64,000 bases of DNA from the NCBI RefSeq assembly GCF_050624435.1, contig NC_134541.1:124958480-125022479 (forward strand), given 5' to 3'. The first letter of the stretch is position 1. The number at the start of each line of letters is the position of its first letter. The translations under genes were made by a program, and so were the position numbers. The notes below the pieces were generated by a model, which was given only the letters and a program-made list of their open reading frames with translations, had not been told where the DNA came from and searched no databases. Shown here piece after piece: positions 1 to 15,600 of this stretch. Source of the stretch: Tenrec ecaudatus. Taxonomy: Eukaryota.

Positions 1-319
1 ATGTTCTAAACCCTAACTTCTGTCTGTGGTTGTCATCCTGTTTGCGGATGGGTGGTGCTCCTCATGATTGGTAATGAGGCAGGATTCATGTAGGCTCTCT
101 CGAGCCAATATCTTCTGAGACACAGAAGAGATTAAGTGGGGGGGAAAGAGAGAGAGATTCAGCGAGTGACCGAATCAGCCGAGATGGGGGAAGAGAGATG
201 CCAAGCCACCTAAGGATCTCCCAGAAGCAGAAGTTCAGAGAGACAACGACTTTCCTGCCCAAGCAGACAGGAAGGAAGACTCCCTAGAGCCAGTGTGTCG
301 GCTGCACGCGTAGCCTCTG

Positions 320-324
<5 letters not shown>

Positions 325-390
<66 letters not shown>

Positions 391-420
391 CAGAGAGAGA
401 GAGAGAGACAGAGAGAGAGA
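325..420. repeat. Compound microsatellite (GT)~23 followed by (GA)~25
   Basis: A direct dinucleotide run; the (GA) part has CA interruptions. Confidence 0.95.
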
Positions 421-1600
421 GTTTATTTTGCCAACCTGGCAAATAAACACATGTGGGGTTAATTGAAGGGCAGAGGGATAAATGACTCAGTGAGCCTGGA
501 CTTTCTAGTTCTCAGGTCTCTTGCTTTCTGATGGTCACACCAGGGTGCAGCTGCCTTAGCCAGTTCCCTGCTTCAGCTGGCAAGGTTCACTTCACTTCCT
601 GCAAGACATCCCTGAGGAGAAGCCACATGGACCTACCCCGATGCAGCCCTGGGTGCTGGACCAGTGCGTGGAGACCCCTGGCAGCGCTGAGATGCTTACA
701 CATTCACTGACTTGGCTTTCCTCCTGCAGTCGGCATCATAGTGCGTGTTGTGTGAGATGGAGGAGGACTTTGTGGATTGGTGTCTGACATATGGGCTAGT
801 GTTGGACTTGTGGGCTTGGGCAGCACTGGGTTGGGATGTTTTCTTGGTGTGCACTTACCCTTTATATAAAACTCTCTCTTATACCTGAGTTTCTGTGGAT
901 TTGTTTCTCTCAGGTGCCCAGACTGGCACCGGGGACAATGGATTTCCTGTGGGTAAAGGCGTCCCCTGGTGCCCTTGCTGTTATAGCAGCCCTGGGTGAT
1001 GGAGACACCCTCTCAGATCCACCCACTCTCCTGCTAACAGCCAGAACCGATCCGAACCTGTGGATCCACAGCTTCCTCCTCCCCTTGGCTCCCCGAGAGG
1101 TCCCCTGACTCGGCACCCTCCATCCCTGCTGGCCTCTTGCTCAGTCTCTGGATAGACTGCGTGCTTGTCTGCCTTCCGGCCTTGGCTCAGGCAAACGTCC
1201 TCAGCCCAGGACACTTGGCCTGCTGTCTTCCCATCCCCTCAGGGAACTCCCACAGCCTTCTGACCCACCCCGGGCACAGCGCCCATCCCACGGATTGGGA
1301 ATGTTTGCGTGCCGCTCGGTCTCTCGCACGAGGCTGTGGAGGAGGGCTGTGAAGTTCCCCCTGGTCATTGTCGTCACATCTCCATCCGTGTTCGGCGAGG
1401 GTGAGCAGGTGCCTGGATGCTTTCCATCGAGCAGGAATGCCGTGCTGCCGGGAGTGCCCTGGGGGTCCATGCCCGCCCAGAGCGAGGCTGTGCCCAACAG
1501 AACCAGACACCACACAGTCCTGGGCCATCCTCATAGACGCCCTCTTCCTGAGCGTGTGGTTACAGCCCTTTAGCCCAGCGATCCCTCAACTTGGTTTACA

Positions 1601-1603
<3 letters not shown>

Positions 1604-1648
<45 letters not shown>
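1604..1648. repeat. (GA)n microsatellite
   Basis: A direct dinucleotide run of about 22 units. Confidence 0.95.
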
Positions 1649-1650
<2 letters not shown>

Positions 1651-3294
1651 GCCACCTGGAGAGAGCCGTGCACATCCAAGTTCATCGCAGCCCACTTTGC
1701 ACGCATGAGCGGTTGGAGACCACTCAGGACCCATCCGTGGGCGAGTGGGTCAGTGAGCTCTGGTGGGGGTGGCGATGTTAGGTCCGTCTTGTTGTTTCTG
1801 ACTCATCGATCCTGTGTACAACAGAACGAAACACTGTGAGGTCCTGTCCCCTGATCACCATGGCTCCTAGGTCTGAGTCCATTGTTGCGGCCACCGTGTC
1901 CATCCCTCTTGTTGAGGGCCTTCCTCTTTCCCCCTGCCCGGCCACGTTACCAAGCAGGACGTCCCTCTCCAGGGACTGTTCTCCCCTGACCACACGTCCA
2001 AAGGATGTAAGGTGAAGTCTCGCCATCCTTGCCTCTGAAGAGCATGCTGGCCCTACTTCTTCCAAGACAGATTGGATGTGCTTTTGGCGGTCCATGGCCC
2101 TTCCAACACTCAATGTCACTGTTACCCAGCCTCTGTCGACTGACGGCGACCCAAGAGGACACAGTGGAACTGTCCCTGCTGGCTTTTTAGACTGGGATGC
2201 TCTATGGAAGCAGAGAGTCCCGTCTGTCTCCCGAGGTGCGGCCGGCGGTTTCAAACTGCCGACCCTGCAGCTAGCAGCCCATCCCGTCACACTCAGCCAT
2301 CAGGACTCTTCACGGGCGACACTAGGCAATGTGTGAGAATAACTGCATGACTTATGTACGAGTGTGTTTAACACAGCGAAGCATCCATTGCCATAAGATC
2401 TGTAACAGCCATTATTAATAATAATAAACTCTGTGTGTTAGTCTGGATAGACTAGAGAAACAGATTCATAGACACTCACTCATGTGTATAAGAAAGAGGT
2501 TTCTGTACAATAGCAACTGAGTACTGAGAATATGTCCCAGCCCAGTCCAGATCAAGTTCCTAAGTCCAATATTAGCATATATGTCTGATACCAATCTATA
2601 AAGTCCTCTTCAGACTCACTAAACACATGCAATGATGCCAACTGCAGGAGGATCACAGATCAGTGGGTTGGAAGTCTTCTGGATCCAGTGGCGTCGTAAA
2701 GCATCTCAGCGCTGGCAGGGGTCTGTACGTGGCTTCTCCGGCTCCAGAGGTCTGGTTGCATCAGGGTAGGTCCATGTGGCTCCTCCAGCTCCCAGGGCGT
2801 CAGTAGAGCATCTCCAAGGGAGTGAACAGAGAGAGAGAGACATGTCTCTTGCCTCCAAGGAGGAAGTACAGGAGTTCCCAGAATTCTCAGGAGAAGGCCA
2901 CACCCACACAGAGGCCTCATTGGCTTTGGCCGGATTGACAGGCTAGACTTCACGCTTTCAATCTTAACCCTCTCAGGTCCCCAATGGACACCAGATGATG
3001 TATCGACCACAATCAGCAATCGGTTTGCTTTCCAATCTCATCCTCGTTGACTTTCAATGAAACTCTGCTGCGGCTGCTGGCCTGCACCATGAGCTGAACA
3101 CGATGAAATGGAAGTAGGCGAGGAGATGGAACTTTGGGGGCACCTTGCCTAGGCTGCCCTGTTCCCCTTATCTGTGGCATCTTGGCAAAGGTGCCTTCCT
3201 GCCAAACCCACCAGCTCTAGTCCTGGACAGAGTCCCCATCAGCCTAGCCTCCCTCCTTACTCTGAAGAGCCCCAGAGGAGACCTAATGATGAGT

Positions 3295-3296
<2 letters not shown>

Positions 3297-3330
<34 letters not shown>

Positions 3331-3345
3331 TATATATGTATGCAC
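3297..3345. repeat. (CA)n microsatellite with a (TA)-rich tail
   Basis: A direct dinucleotide run. Confidence 0.9.
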
Positions 3346-4254
3346 ACACTTTATCTTTAATGGGTTTTTAATAGACAACAGATGCTCATGGGGCAAAATG
3401 CAAAACTTTAAAAGGATATTAGCTATAAAAGAAGGCTCCCTCTTCCTGCCCCACCCTGTCCCACAGTAACCTCATCAGAGAACAGCGTCGCCACCACTTT
3501 CCTAGGCAGCTGCCAGAGTTGCACAGGGATGTCCCAGGGCAGAGAGAGCCAAGATCACCAGCATCAGCCACCCACCACGCTGGCTCCTATGAAGGGAGGA
3601 GGGCAGACCTGCCTCTATCCTCCAAACTTTTTAACTAGTCCTGACACCAATCACTCCTCCCAGGACGGCAATCTGCTTCTTTGCTGGGCTGCAGTGGTCA
3701 CACACAACTCATGCTTATGGGGTCTAGTGGGGAAGGAACAGGAATGTCCCATTGGCTGATCGGCACTGTCTCTCTCTGGCCCTCGGCCCCTTGGCCTGGC
3801 CTCTGCCCTGCTCGGACAAGGGTTACGAAGCTCTTTTAGCTCAGCCAGTGCGGGCTTAGAGAAATCCCACTGCACCAGCAAGCCTCTTGCCCTCTGCCAT
3901 TAAGTGGGGAGAAAAAGGCCTCGACATGTTTGTGCAGCTGCAGTGTAGTGAGTCCCTACACACGGCTCATAGTGTCTGCCACTGAGCTTTCTCCACCTGC
4001 GGGCTGCGAAGCCCACTGCCCTGTCCCGTGCCAATCTCTCGGCTCCGCTGTCCCCGCTGCCGCCGCTTCTTGCCAACACTCAGCTCTCTCTGGGGTCACA
4101 GCAGTCTCTCAGGTTTCAAGGTCCTGAAAGACACATGCCCTGCCTGGTGGCTCTTTCTTGATAATGGCGAGAAGCCCCCTCCCCTTTTCTATCTTTAGGA
4201 TGATTGCTCTTAAAACTAGGGGGACCAATCCCTATTTCAGGGTTCTCTACACTT

Positions 4255-4920
4255 TAATTTATGCATTGGGCTGCTAACCGGAAGGCCATCCATTCAAAAC
4301 CACCAGCCGCTCCTCGGGAGAGAGTTGAGGCTCCCTACCGTAGCAGGCGGTGACCGTCTCCGACGCCCGCAGGAGCAGTTCCACATGCCCCGACTCGACT
4401 CCGTGCCAGTGAGTGTTCTGAGTAAATATTTCTTTGCCCGGTCCCTCCTCCGCAAAGGTGCTGCTGTCTCCCTGAGCTTGCTAGCAAGCCATCCAGTCCC
4501 CTGGGCGGAGCGTAAGCACTTCACACTTGCCCGGTCCTCCTTGGCCATCTGATTGCAGCCACAAAGACGATGGCTAGAAGGGCCACGGTCGGTAAGTCAC
4601 TGCCCTTCAGCAGCCTTTCAGAAATAAGATAGGCACCCATCAACAAACATAGCTGGATCGGGCTTTCCCTCCGTTCAGAGAGCAGCCTTCCCTGCACTGT
4701 GCCGCTCCTTGGTTTTTAAATTTCACGAGATCGCGAAGATGATTCTCAACAATTCCCATGCGTAGGGGCTTTATACGACACAGTAGAACTGCCCCTGTGG
4801 GTTTCCAAGATGGTAGGTACCTTCAGGAGAGTAGAAAGCCTCATCTTTCTCTCAAGGAGTGGCTGGTGGCTTTGAGCTGCTGACCTTGTGGTCATAACCA
4901 CAATGGTGCCAGGGCTCCTG
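4255..4920. mobile_element. Cluster of degenerate tRNA-derived SINE copies (AfroSINE-like), in mixed orientations
   Basis: The copies carry the motifs gctgctaacc..aaggtc.gcagttcaaaaccaccagccgctcct and ggctggtggctttgagctgctgacc. Confidence 0.7.
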
Positions 4921-5004
4921 AAGCTGATTCAACACATGTGGATCAAGAGCCCTGCTTTCTGGACAGGCCGAATTCCCTGTCTGAATGTAGCCATCCCCCA
5001 AGGA

Positions 5005-5200
5005 CAGGGGTTCTCAGCCTTCCTAATACCTGGACCCTTTAATACAGTTCCTCATGTGGTGGTGACCCCCCCCCCAACCATAAAATGATCTTCGTGGCTA
5101 CTTCATCACTGTCATTTGGCTACTGTTGTGAATCGGGCAATGCCTGTGAAAGGGTTTTTCAACCCCCAAAGGGGTCACGACCCACAGGTTGAGAACCACT
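5005..5200. mobile_element. Partial copy of the same hAT-MITE family
   Basis: One end reads cctgtgaaagggtttttcaacccccaaaggggtcacgacccacaggttgagaaccact, which matches the TIR-proximal end of the full copy. Confidence 0.7.
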
Positions 5201-6169
5201 TCCCAAGGGTGTTTTCTAATCTGTTGCCATTGAAAGATCATGGTAACCTTGGCCTTCCATTAGTTTGCACATGGATGCAACTCTGAACCCTGAGATTTTG
5301 GGTCCAAGAGTGTATGTGTTTGTCTACAGATGGGCTTTGGGTGTCCACTCATCATTCACATTGATATGATTTTTTTGTTCTGAGTCTTCGATGCCTGATA
5401 CTGATCCCATCAACTCCTCATGATCACACAGGCTGGTGTGCTTCCTCCAGGTGGACGTTGCTTCTTCTCAGCTACATGGCCACTCTATTATCTTTAAGCC
5501 TTTAAGACCCCAGACGCTACATCTTTTAATAACTGGGCTGTTTCTTCACCACAGTTACTTATGCACCCATTTTGCCTTCAGTGATCATGTCGGGAAGGTG
5601 AGCATCACGGAATGCCAGGTTATTAGAACAAGGTGTTCTTACATCGAGGGAGGGCTTGAGTAGAGGCCCGATGTCCATCTGCTACTTTAATACTTATCCT
5701 ATAAATATATGCACATAGAACTATTTCCCCATCATCATATAGAAATATACTTACATGTGTACATGCCTGTATTTAGACCTCTATTAATGTCCTTCCCCTC
5801 CTACCCTTTTCCTCTATTTCCTTTTACTTTCCTCTTGTCCCACTATCATGCTCAGCCTTCTTTGGGTTTCAGTAATTCCTCTTGGCTACTTGCTCTTGAT
5901 CAAGCCCCACCAGGCCTCCTACACCTCCTGGCCATCTCTTTTGGATGACTTTTTGTTCCCTTCTCCCAAAGCCAATCTGTAGACAACTGGACACACCCTT
6001 CCAGAAGGGTTGCAGGGAGGAGGTGAGCCAGTCAGGGTGCAGTAAAGCGCCGATGAAACATACAACTTTCCTCTAGTTCTTTAATGCTTCCTCCCTGTCT
6101 ACCGCCGCCCCCTCCACCCCGACTATCATGACCCCAATTCTACCTTATAAATCTGGCTGGACCAGAGCA

Positions 6170-6600
6170 TGTACACAAGTACAGATAAGAGCTGTAAACA
6201 CAGGGAGTCCAGGACAGATAAACCCCTCAGGACCAATAATGAGAGCAGCGATACCAGGAGGGTAAGGGGAAGGTGGGGGGAGAAAGGGGGAACCAATCAC
6301 AATGATCTACATATAACCCCCTCCCAGGGGGGCGGACAACAGAAAAGTGGGTGAAGGGAGACACTGGTCAGTATAAGACATAGGGGAAAAATTACGATGG
6401 GTTCATGAGGGAGGGAGGGAGGGAGGGAGGGTGGGAGGGTGGGAGAGGGGGAAACATGAGCTGATACCAAGGGCTCAAGTAGAAAGAAAATGTTTTGAAA
6501 AGGATGATGGCAACAAATGTATACATGTGCTCCACACCGTGGATGGATTGCGATAAAAGCTGTACGAGCCCCCAATACAATGATTTTTAAAAAAAACAAC
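6170..6600 (+). mobile_element. L1-like 3' end fragment with a G-rich polypurine tract and an A-rich tail
   Basis: This ~400-bp unit recurs at 55470-55815 and 56150-56445, and partly at 45290-45420. The repeats share the block gagctgataccaagggctc..gtagaaag.aaatgttttga..gatggcaac.aatgtatacatg...tggatggattg.gataa.ag.tgtac.agcccccaatacaatga followed by an A-rich tail. Confidence 0.5.
6404..6440. repeat. (GGGA)n polypurine run
   Basis: A direct run that forms part of an L1-like 3' end. Confidence 0.85.
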
Positions 6601-6649
6601 CCATAACATAAAAAGGAGTTTATGTGTTTGTCACTGGCGGGACTTCCTG

Positions 6650-8050
6650 CCGGCGAGGTGTCTGGTGTTTGCACCGGCAGTGGGCCCGAGTGCCTGGTCA
6701 CCGCCAGTCACGTCAACACAGTCTGCAGCTAGCCCATGCCTTGAATTGGGTAGGTGACCAGTGATGAGTCCGTGTCCTTTGATTTCTTTCTAACTTTCAC
6801 ATCGCAAGCAGCTGTGATGCCGCCTGTGCCCGGCCATTGGGGGCCTGGCGACGCTGAGTCGCCTCTGCCTGCGGTGCAGCTGGTAAACAGGGACCGATGC
6901 GACGGCGCAGGGCACTCGGAGCTGGCGCCGCAAGCCGAGGGGCCAGGCCGGACACTCGGGGAGACGCGGAGGAGGAGGGGACCCCGGCTGACCGCCGCAG
7001 AGCCGCTCGCGCGAGCAGGTGGAGGGGACCCCCCACCTCCGCCCCCCTGGGTCACTGCGGATCTTTAAGCCCCGCCCCCTTCCCCATCGGAGGGTTTTCT
7101 GCAGGGGAGGGGCGTGGGAACATGCGGGTGGGAGGGCGGCGTCGCCATGGTAACGAGGCCGGTGGTCCGGGTGCCCGAAGACCCCGAGGCGGGAGGCGCG
7201 CGGGGCCCCGGGTCGGAGCGGGGAAAGCCCGGCAATTCTCGGGGTCCCTTCCCGGGGGCGCCCGAGCGTGTCTGCGAAGTTCGCCGGGGTTCGTGCTGGT
7301 GTGTGAGCGCGCACGTGGGCCCGGGCGTGTGCGCGCGGGAAGGCCCGTGCCAGCGGTGTGCACAGACAGCCCATGTGCACAAGTGTGTGCCAGGCTGCGT
7401 GCCCAGGAGCGTGTGTGCACCCACCGGCTGCGCCCGTCGGCGGGTCCCGAGGTCCGCCCCCCCCCGCCCCCCTCCCCGCGCCTCCACCGCCGCCTCGCTC
7501 ACCCCCTCCGCGCGCACTTTCTCCCTCCCGCCCTCCCCCCTCCCCATCGCTCGCACAGCCGGACTCCGCGCGCTCCTGCTAGCTGGCCGCCCCGGGAAGC
7601 GCCCGCCGCCACCGCCCAGCCCGCGCCCGCCGTCCCCGCAGTGCCCGGGCACCTGTTGGACGCGCAGAGGCAGGTGCGGGGGGCTGGGCCGGCGGGGGCT
7701 TGAGGGTGAGGGCGTGTGCGTGTGTGCGCCTGCGGGGGTGTTCCGCTCGCCGGCGGCTGCGATTTCGGGCATCCCCGGGAGCGGAGCTGTGGGGTAGGCA
7801 TCTGGGTGAGGCAGGGGTCCCCACCTTGGGGGGCGGGCGGGAGCCGGCAGACCGGTTGAACGGAGGGGCAGTGAGCCTGGGCGGTCTGGTCGGGTGGGCC
7901 CGGTGCAGAGCGATGGAGGGAGCGTCGGAGGGGCCCAGGAGGGGCCTGCGGTGCTGCTTGGAGGGAGGGCAGGGCCTGAGCCCGACTGAGCGGCAAGAGC
8001 CGGGATGATAGGGAAAGGGACAATGGAGAGGTAAGTGGACAAGACTGAAG
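6650..8050 (+). promoter_or_regulatory. DOC2A: CpG island, presumed DOC2A promoter and non-coding first exon
   Basis: The stretch is about 75-80% GC with a dense run of CpG dinucleotides just upstream of the first coding exon. The exact transcription start site and exon 1 boundaries are not resolved. Confidence 0.6.
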
Positions 8051-8175
8051 TGGTCAGGGCCTAGCTTAGCGGGGGAGTGGACTGGCAGCCCACCCCTGTG
8101 GGCCAAGGTGTGGGGTCAGGAGGACCCAGGCCTCTTGCCTACCCACCACCTAGTACAGACTAACCTCTCCCCTGA

Positions 8176-11774
<3,599 letters not shown>

Positions 11775-12174
11775 GCCGGCTCGGCCGGGCCTCCCAGCAC
11801 GGCCCCCGGGGTGCTGCGTCCAGCCCCCGACCTTCGCACGAGTGTGTTGCACGTTTACACGGGGTGGGGTGTCCCCACCCTGCACTTCCTGTCTTACTTT
11901 GTGAGAGTCTCCGTGTCCTGTAGGCCTGTCCTCTCCGAGGGGCCGTGGAGAGCTGTCTTCATATATGCAAACTTCCCCTGCCTGACTTGCTGACTGACAA
12001 ATATGCAAACCCCCTCCTCGCACCCTGGCAGGGGGAGTCCTGCCCTAATGCCTGCTGCCTGCTCCCCTCTCCCGCCGTCCCAGGCTGCCTGTCGGATCAG
12101 GGGGAAAAGGGGGAGCTTGGAGGAGGAGGCCTCTGAGCCAGGAAAGGAGGACAAAGGCCCAGATCAACCACTCC

Positions 12175-12180
12175 TTTAAT
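12175..12180 (-). promoter_or_regulatory. INO80E: Candidate ATTAAA polyadenylation signal for INO80E
   Basis: A TTTAAT on the plus strand lies about 265 nt downstream of the INO80E stop codon on the minus strand. Confidence 0.35.
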
Positions 12181-12420
12181 TGTCTTGGTGAAGACCCGGA
12201 GCTGCCCTGGTGGGGGCTGCCGCCGGGCCTCTGTCTGCCCAAGAGGGGCAGGCAGGCGCTCCCCGGCCACTCGCTGACAGAAGTCACTGCCCCCCGGTGG
12301 GGCCGGGCCTCTCGGCCAGGGGGCCTGCCCTCCCTGTGGAGGGCCTACCTTCCGGGGGGCTTCCACGCATGCTCACGCCTCTTCTGACCTGTCAGCGGCC
12401 GAAGCATGGTAACCAGTGTC

Positions 12421-12426
12421 AATAAA
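12421..12426 (+). promoter_or_regulatory. DOC2A: AATAAA polyadenylation signal, DOC2A 3' end
   Basis: The signal lies about 650 nt downstream of the DOC2A stop codon and 18 nt before the INO80E stop codon on the opposite strand. Confidence 0.7.
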
Positions 12427-12443
12427 CGTCTCTGAGGAAGTGG

Positions 12444-12665
12444 TCACTCTGGGATGTCGATGACCAGGTCGTCGTCCCCGTCCAGGGCGTCGTCACCGCT
12501 GCCTGCGTCGCTGAACATCTGCCGAGGGACGGTGCTCAGGATCGTGGGGGGGGGCATCTTGGGAGGGGGCAGTGGGGCCAGGGCTGCCCCCACCCCAGCC
12601 CCAGCGCCTCGCCCTGGAAAGGTCAGTGGCCCTCCCACAGGGCAGTCAGGGGGTCCCACCGCCAT
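12444..12665 (-). CDS. INO80E: INO80E terminal coding exon ([20 protein letters not shown]...[10 protein letters not shown]), stop at 12446-12444
   Basis: The acceptor is ccctgctgcag. The frame matches ORF 12444..12686. Confidence 0.88.
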   Translation of the reverse strand: MAVGPPDCPVGGPLTFPGRGAGAGVGAALAPLPPPKMPPPTILSTVPRQMFSDAGSGDDALDGDDDLVIDIPE

Positions 12666-15600
12666 CTGCAGCAGGGGGAAAAACACAGGGGGTAGGTGTC
12701 AGCGGGGCTCTGGGCCCAGGGGCACTGGACACAACCCAGCTGGCCGCTGCAGGGCTCGGGGCCTGCTCCTGCCTCAGCCCCTCCCGAGGCCTGAACCAGC
12801 AAGTGCCTAGGGGGTGAGGGGTATTGATGGAAGTGTGGATGGGGGGCAGGGTGCGAAGGGCTGGCCTGGCATTCCCCAGGGAGGCCCTTGGGCCAGTAGC
12901 AGCCTGGAGGGCCAGGTGGCCAGCCTGCTCGCCAGAACCTCAGTCCACTGGCCCACTGCCTCCAGCCCGGCTTCCTCCTGGGTCGTGGAGGGCACCGCAG
13001 AATGCCCAGGCCCCCTCCCCTCCTCCTGAGGCGTCTACTTCCTCTGCGCTCACCTGGGCTAGGTTACCAGCCTCCTAACTGGACTCCCTGCCTGCCGCCT
13101 CTCCCAGCTGCAGCTCCTCCACACTGCCTCCAGAGGGCGCTCTCTAGAACACAAACCTGGGCATGGCACCCCCTCCCGGGGGAGTATCCTCGGCTGCCCG
13201 GCAGTCTTGCTGGGGGCCTGAGGCTGGGAAGGGGCCTCCCTCCCCCACCAACGAGAAGGCTTCTTGGTGTTTGGCCTCCTCTTAGGGGCCGGGTGGCCTG
13301 TCAGTGACCTCTGCCCCTGTGGCCCACCTGGGAGGGTGGAGGGAGACGAGGCGTTCTAGCGCAGGGCTGCTGGGCCCTCCCGCGATGTCCAGTCGGGGCC
13401 CTCTGCTGTCCTCACACACTCAGGTCTACGCCCTGGCCTCACCGAGCATCCGCCCTGGGACAGGGCAGGGGTCAAGGCGGCCTTGGCCCTGGGCTGTGGC
13501 TCAGTGCTCTGGAGCTTGCCGGGGGGCCCAGGCGCTGACAAGTCCCGTGTCCCCACTACCAGCCCCTCCGGGCCCCGGAGGACAGACACCGCTGTGAGGA
13601 CAGTCCCTTCCTCTGCCTACCACCTCTCTGTCCCCAGCCCACTGCCTGGACGGGCTCGGCAGCTTCCTTGTGAGCTGGGGTGGCGGTAGCTAGCGAGGAA
13701 CCAGGTCTGGGGCTGAGTCTTCTAGCCTTTAGCCCAGTGCACCCTCACGGTGACTCCCCGGGGCAGACACACAGGAGGCTCAGAGGAGGGGCGACAGCCC
13801 CCAGGATACCATGTGACTTGAGTGGAGGAAGGGGGATTCAAACTCAGGTTCGTCTAAGGCCTGGCTCAGAGGCAACCTGCTTGGTGCCCACACCGATTCC
13901 CTCCTCCGCTCAGTCCTACCACCTCCCACTGCGTCACTCGGCACACCACTCAGTCTTCTACCAGAGCCCTCCACTGCTGGCCATGTCAAGTCTTCTGTGA
14001 CCTGACCGGCCTGCCTGCCGGCCTTCCTTCCCAAGGGCCTTTGCTCCTTTCACTCCAGCGCCTACGTTTTTGCCATGCCCCTGTCTTCTTCGTGCCCTGT
14101 CTCCTCAGCCTGGAATGTCCAGTTCCACTGACCCTGCACCCTAAATGCTCCTTCTCTGAGCTCTTCCCTGCCGCCTCCCTTCGTTTTCTTTCTCTGGAGC
14201 CTGCCAGCACCTTGCTCGCTGAGGCTCCTTCTCCCCAGAACCCTGCACCAATCAGCAAACCTCACAGGCCCGCTGTCTCACCCCCGCACCCTGCAGACTT
14301 CGCCATCGAGGCAAGCCCTCCGCGAAGCAGGGCAAAGCTTTGGCTAAAAGGTTAAACCTCAAGGCCACAGGAGCTGGGATTCCAATGGCAGAATCCGCAT
14401 GTGCTTCCCGGTCCCACACGAGCCTGAATCCCCGCCCCAGCCGGCTGATCCCGATCCCCTTCCAACCTGCCTGCAGGCTAGGCCTGCCGGGGGTGGGGGT
14501 TTAGGTGGCTCTTGTCCTGGCTCCCAGGGCTCAGGGCTCAACCCACCACTGCATCAGACTGAGGACTCTGGGGACACAGACCCCTGCACCCCAGCCTTTC
14601 CAGAAAGCATCACAAGGTATCCAGAGCCAGACCTCTCATCTTCCTTATAAACCGCCCCTCGCTTCCCTGACTCTTCTTCCAGCCCCCAAGGGCCTCCCAG
14701 GGAACCTTCATCTCAGTCTCTCCGACACCCACAGGCTGTCCTCAGCCTCCCATCCCTCGGCCCCCGGAGCTGCTTGCTTCTTCCCTGCAGTCTCAGTACC
14801 TGGGCGGAGAGCCGGCTCCCACTCCCTTCTGCATATAAGCCGAGGGCTTGGCAGGGCCTGCGAGGCCCCATGGGACTGCCCCTCAGTGGCTGCTCTGACA
14901 AGCTCTCCCATCACTTCCTCCCCCCACCTCCCCCAAAACCCTACCTCCTCCCTCAGGACCTTGACAAAGCATGGACCCTCTGGCTCAAAACGTGCTTTTC
15001 AGAGAACCACTTCCCGCCCCTGCTGCTTCTCAGTTCTATTGAGATAACGTTCCAGGCCACTCAGTCCCAAACGCCAGTCCCAACCTGCCCTGGGGCTCCC
15101 TACCCTCTTTCCTGAAGCCCGCTTTTTCACCACTGCTGCCCAGTCACTTCTGTCTGCTCTGCTCCCCAGGGTGCAGTGCACCTGCCATCCTCAGAGCTGA
15201 TGGCCTGGCCTGGCTTAACAGATGTGGGTGGGTGGGCACACAGGGCTGGAGGGTCACGTGGCTCTTCACTACTACCTGAGCTTCTTGGAACCAACTCCTG
15301 GCCCGGCCCGGGGCTGCCTGGCTCCACATAATCTCTCCTCAAGTGAGGAAACGACACCTGCTGCAGGTCACACTGCGTGCTATGTGCCAGCTGCTCCCAG
15401 GAGCCCACCCTAGCAGGGCCCGAGGCTGCTTCCGCCCCGGGCTGGGCTCCCAGCCACTCAGTCTTTCAGAGTTGTCCAGGCCCCCAGTCCCGGGTGCCTC
15501 CCTTGGATGGCTGACAACCTGCCACTCTGGTCCCTCCCTGACCTCCCCAAATCTGGGTACCTTGAGTTTCCGGGGCAGGCGGGGCCGTTTCTCCCGCTTG

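Noticed and set aside
2340-3100. An AT-rich block with short inverted motifs that could be an old DNA-transposon or LTR fragment
   Set aside because: I could not recognise diagnostic termini, target-site duplications or coding remnants by eye. It is left unclassified rather than called.
6790-8106. Several long overlapping ORFs (175-325 aa) on both strands, for example 7065..8042 minus and 6897..7703 plus
   Set aside because: They lie inside a roughly 78% GC CpG island where stop codons are rare. Their translations are Pro/Arg/Gly/Ala low-complexity with no homology. They are the expected artefact of a GC-rich promoter, not genes.
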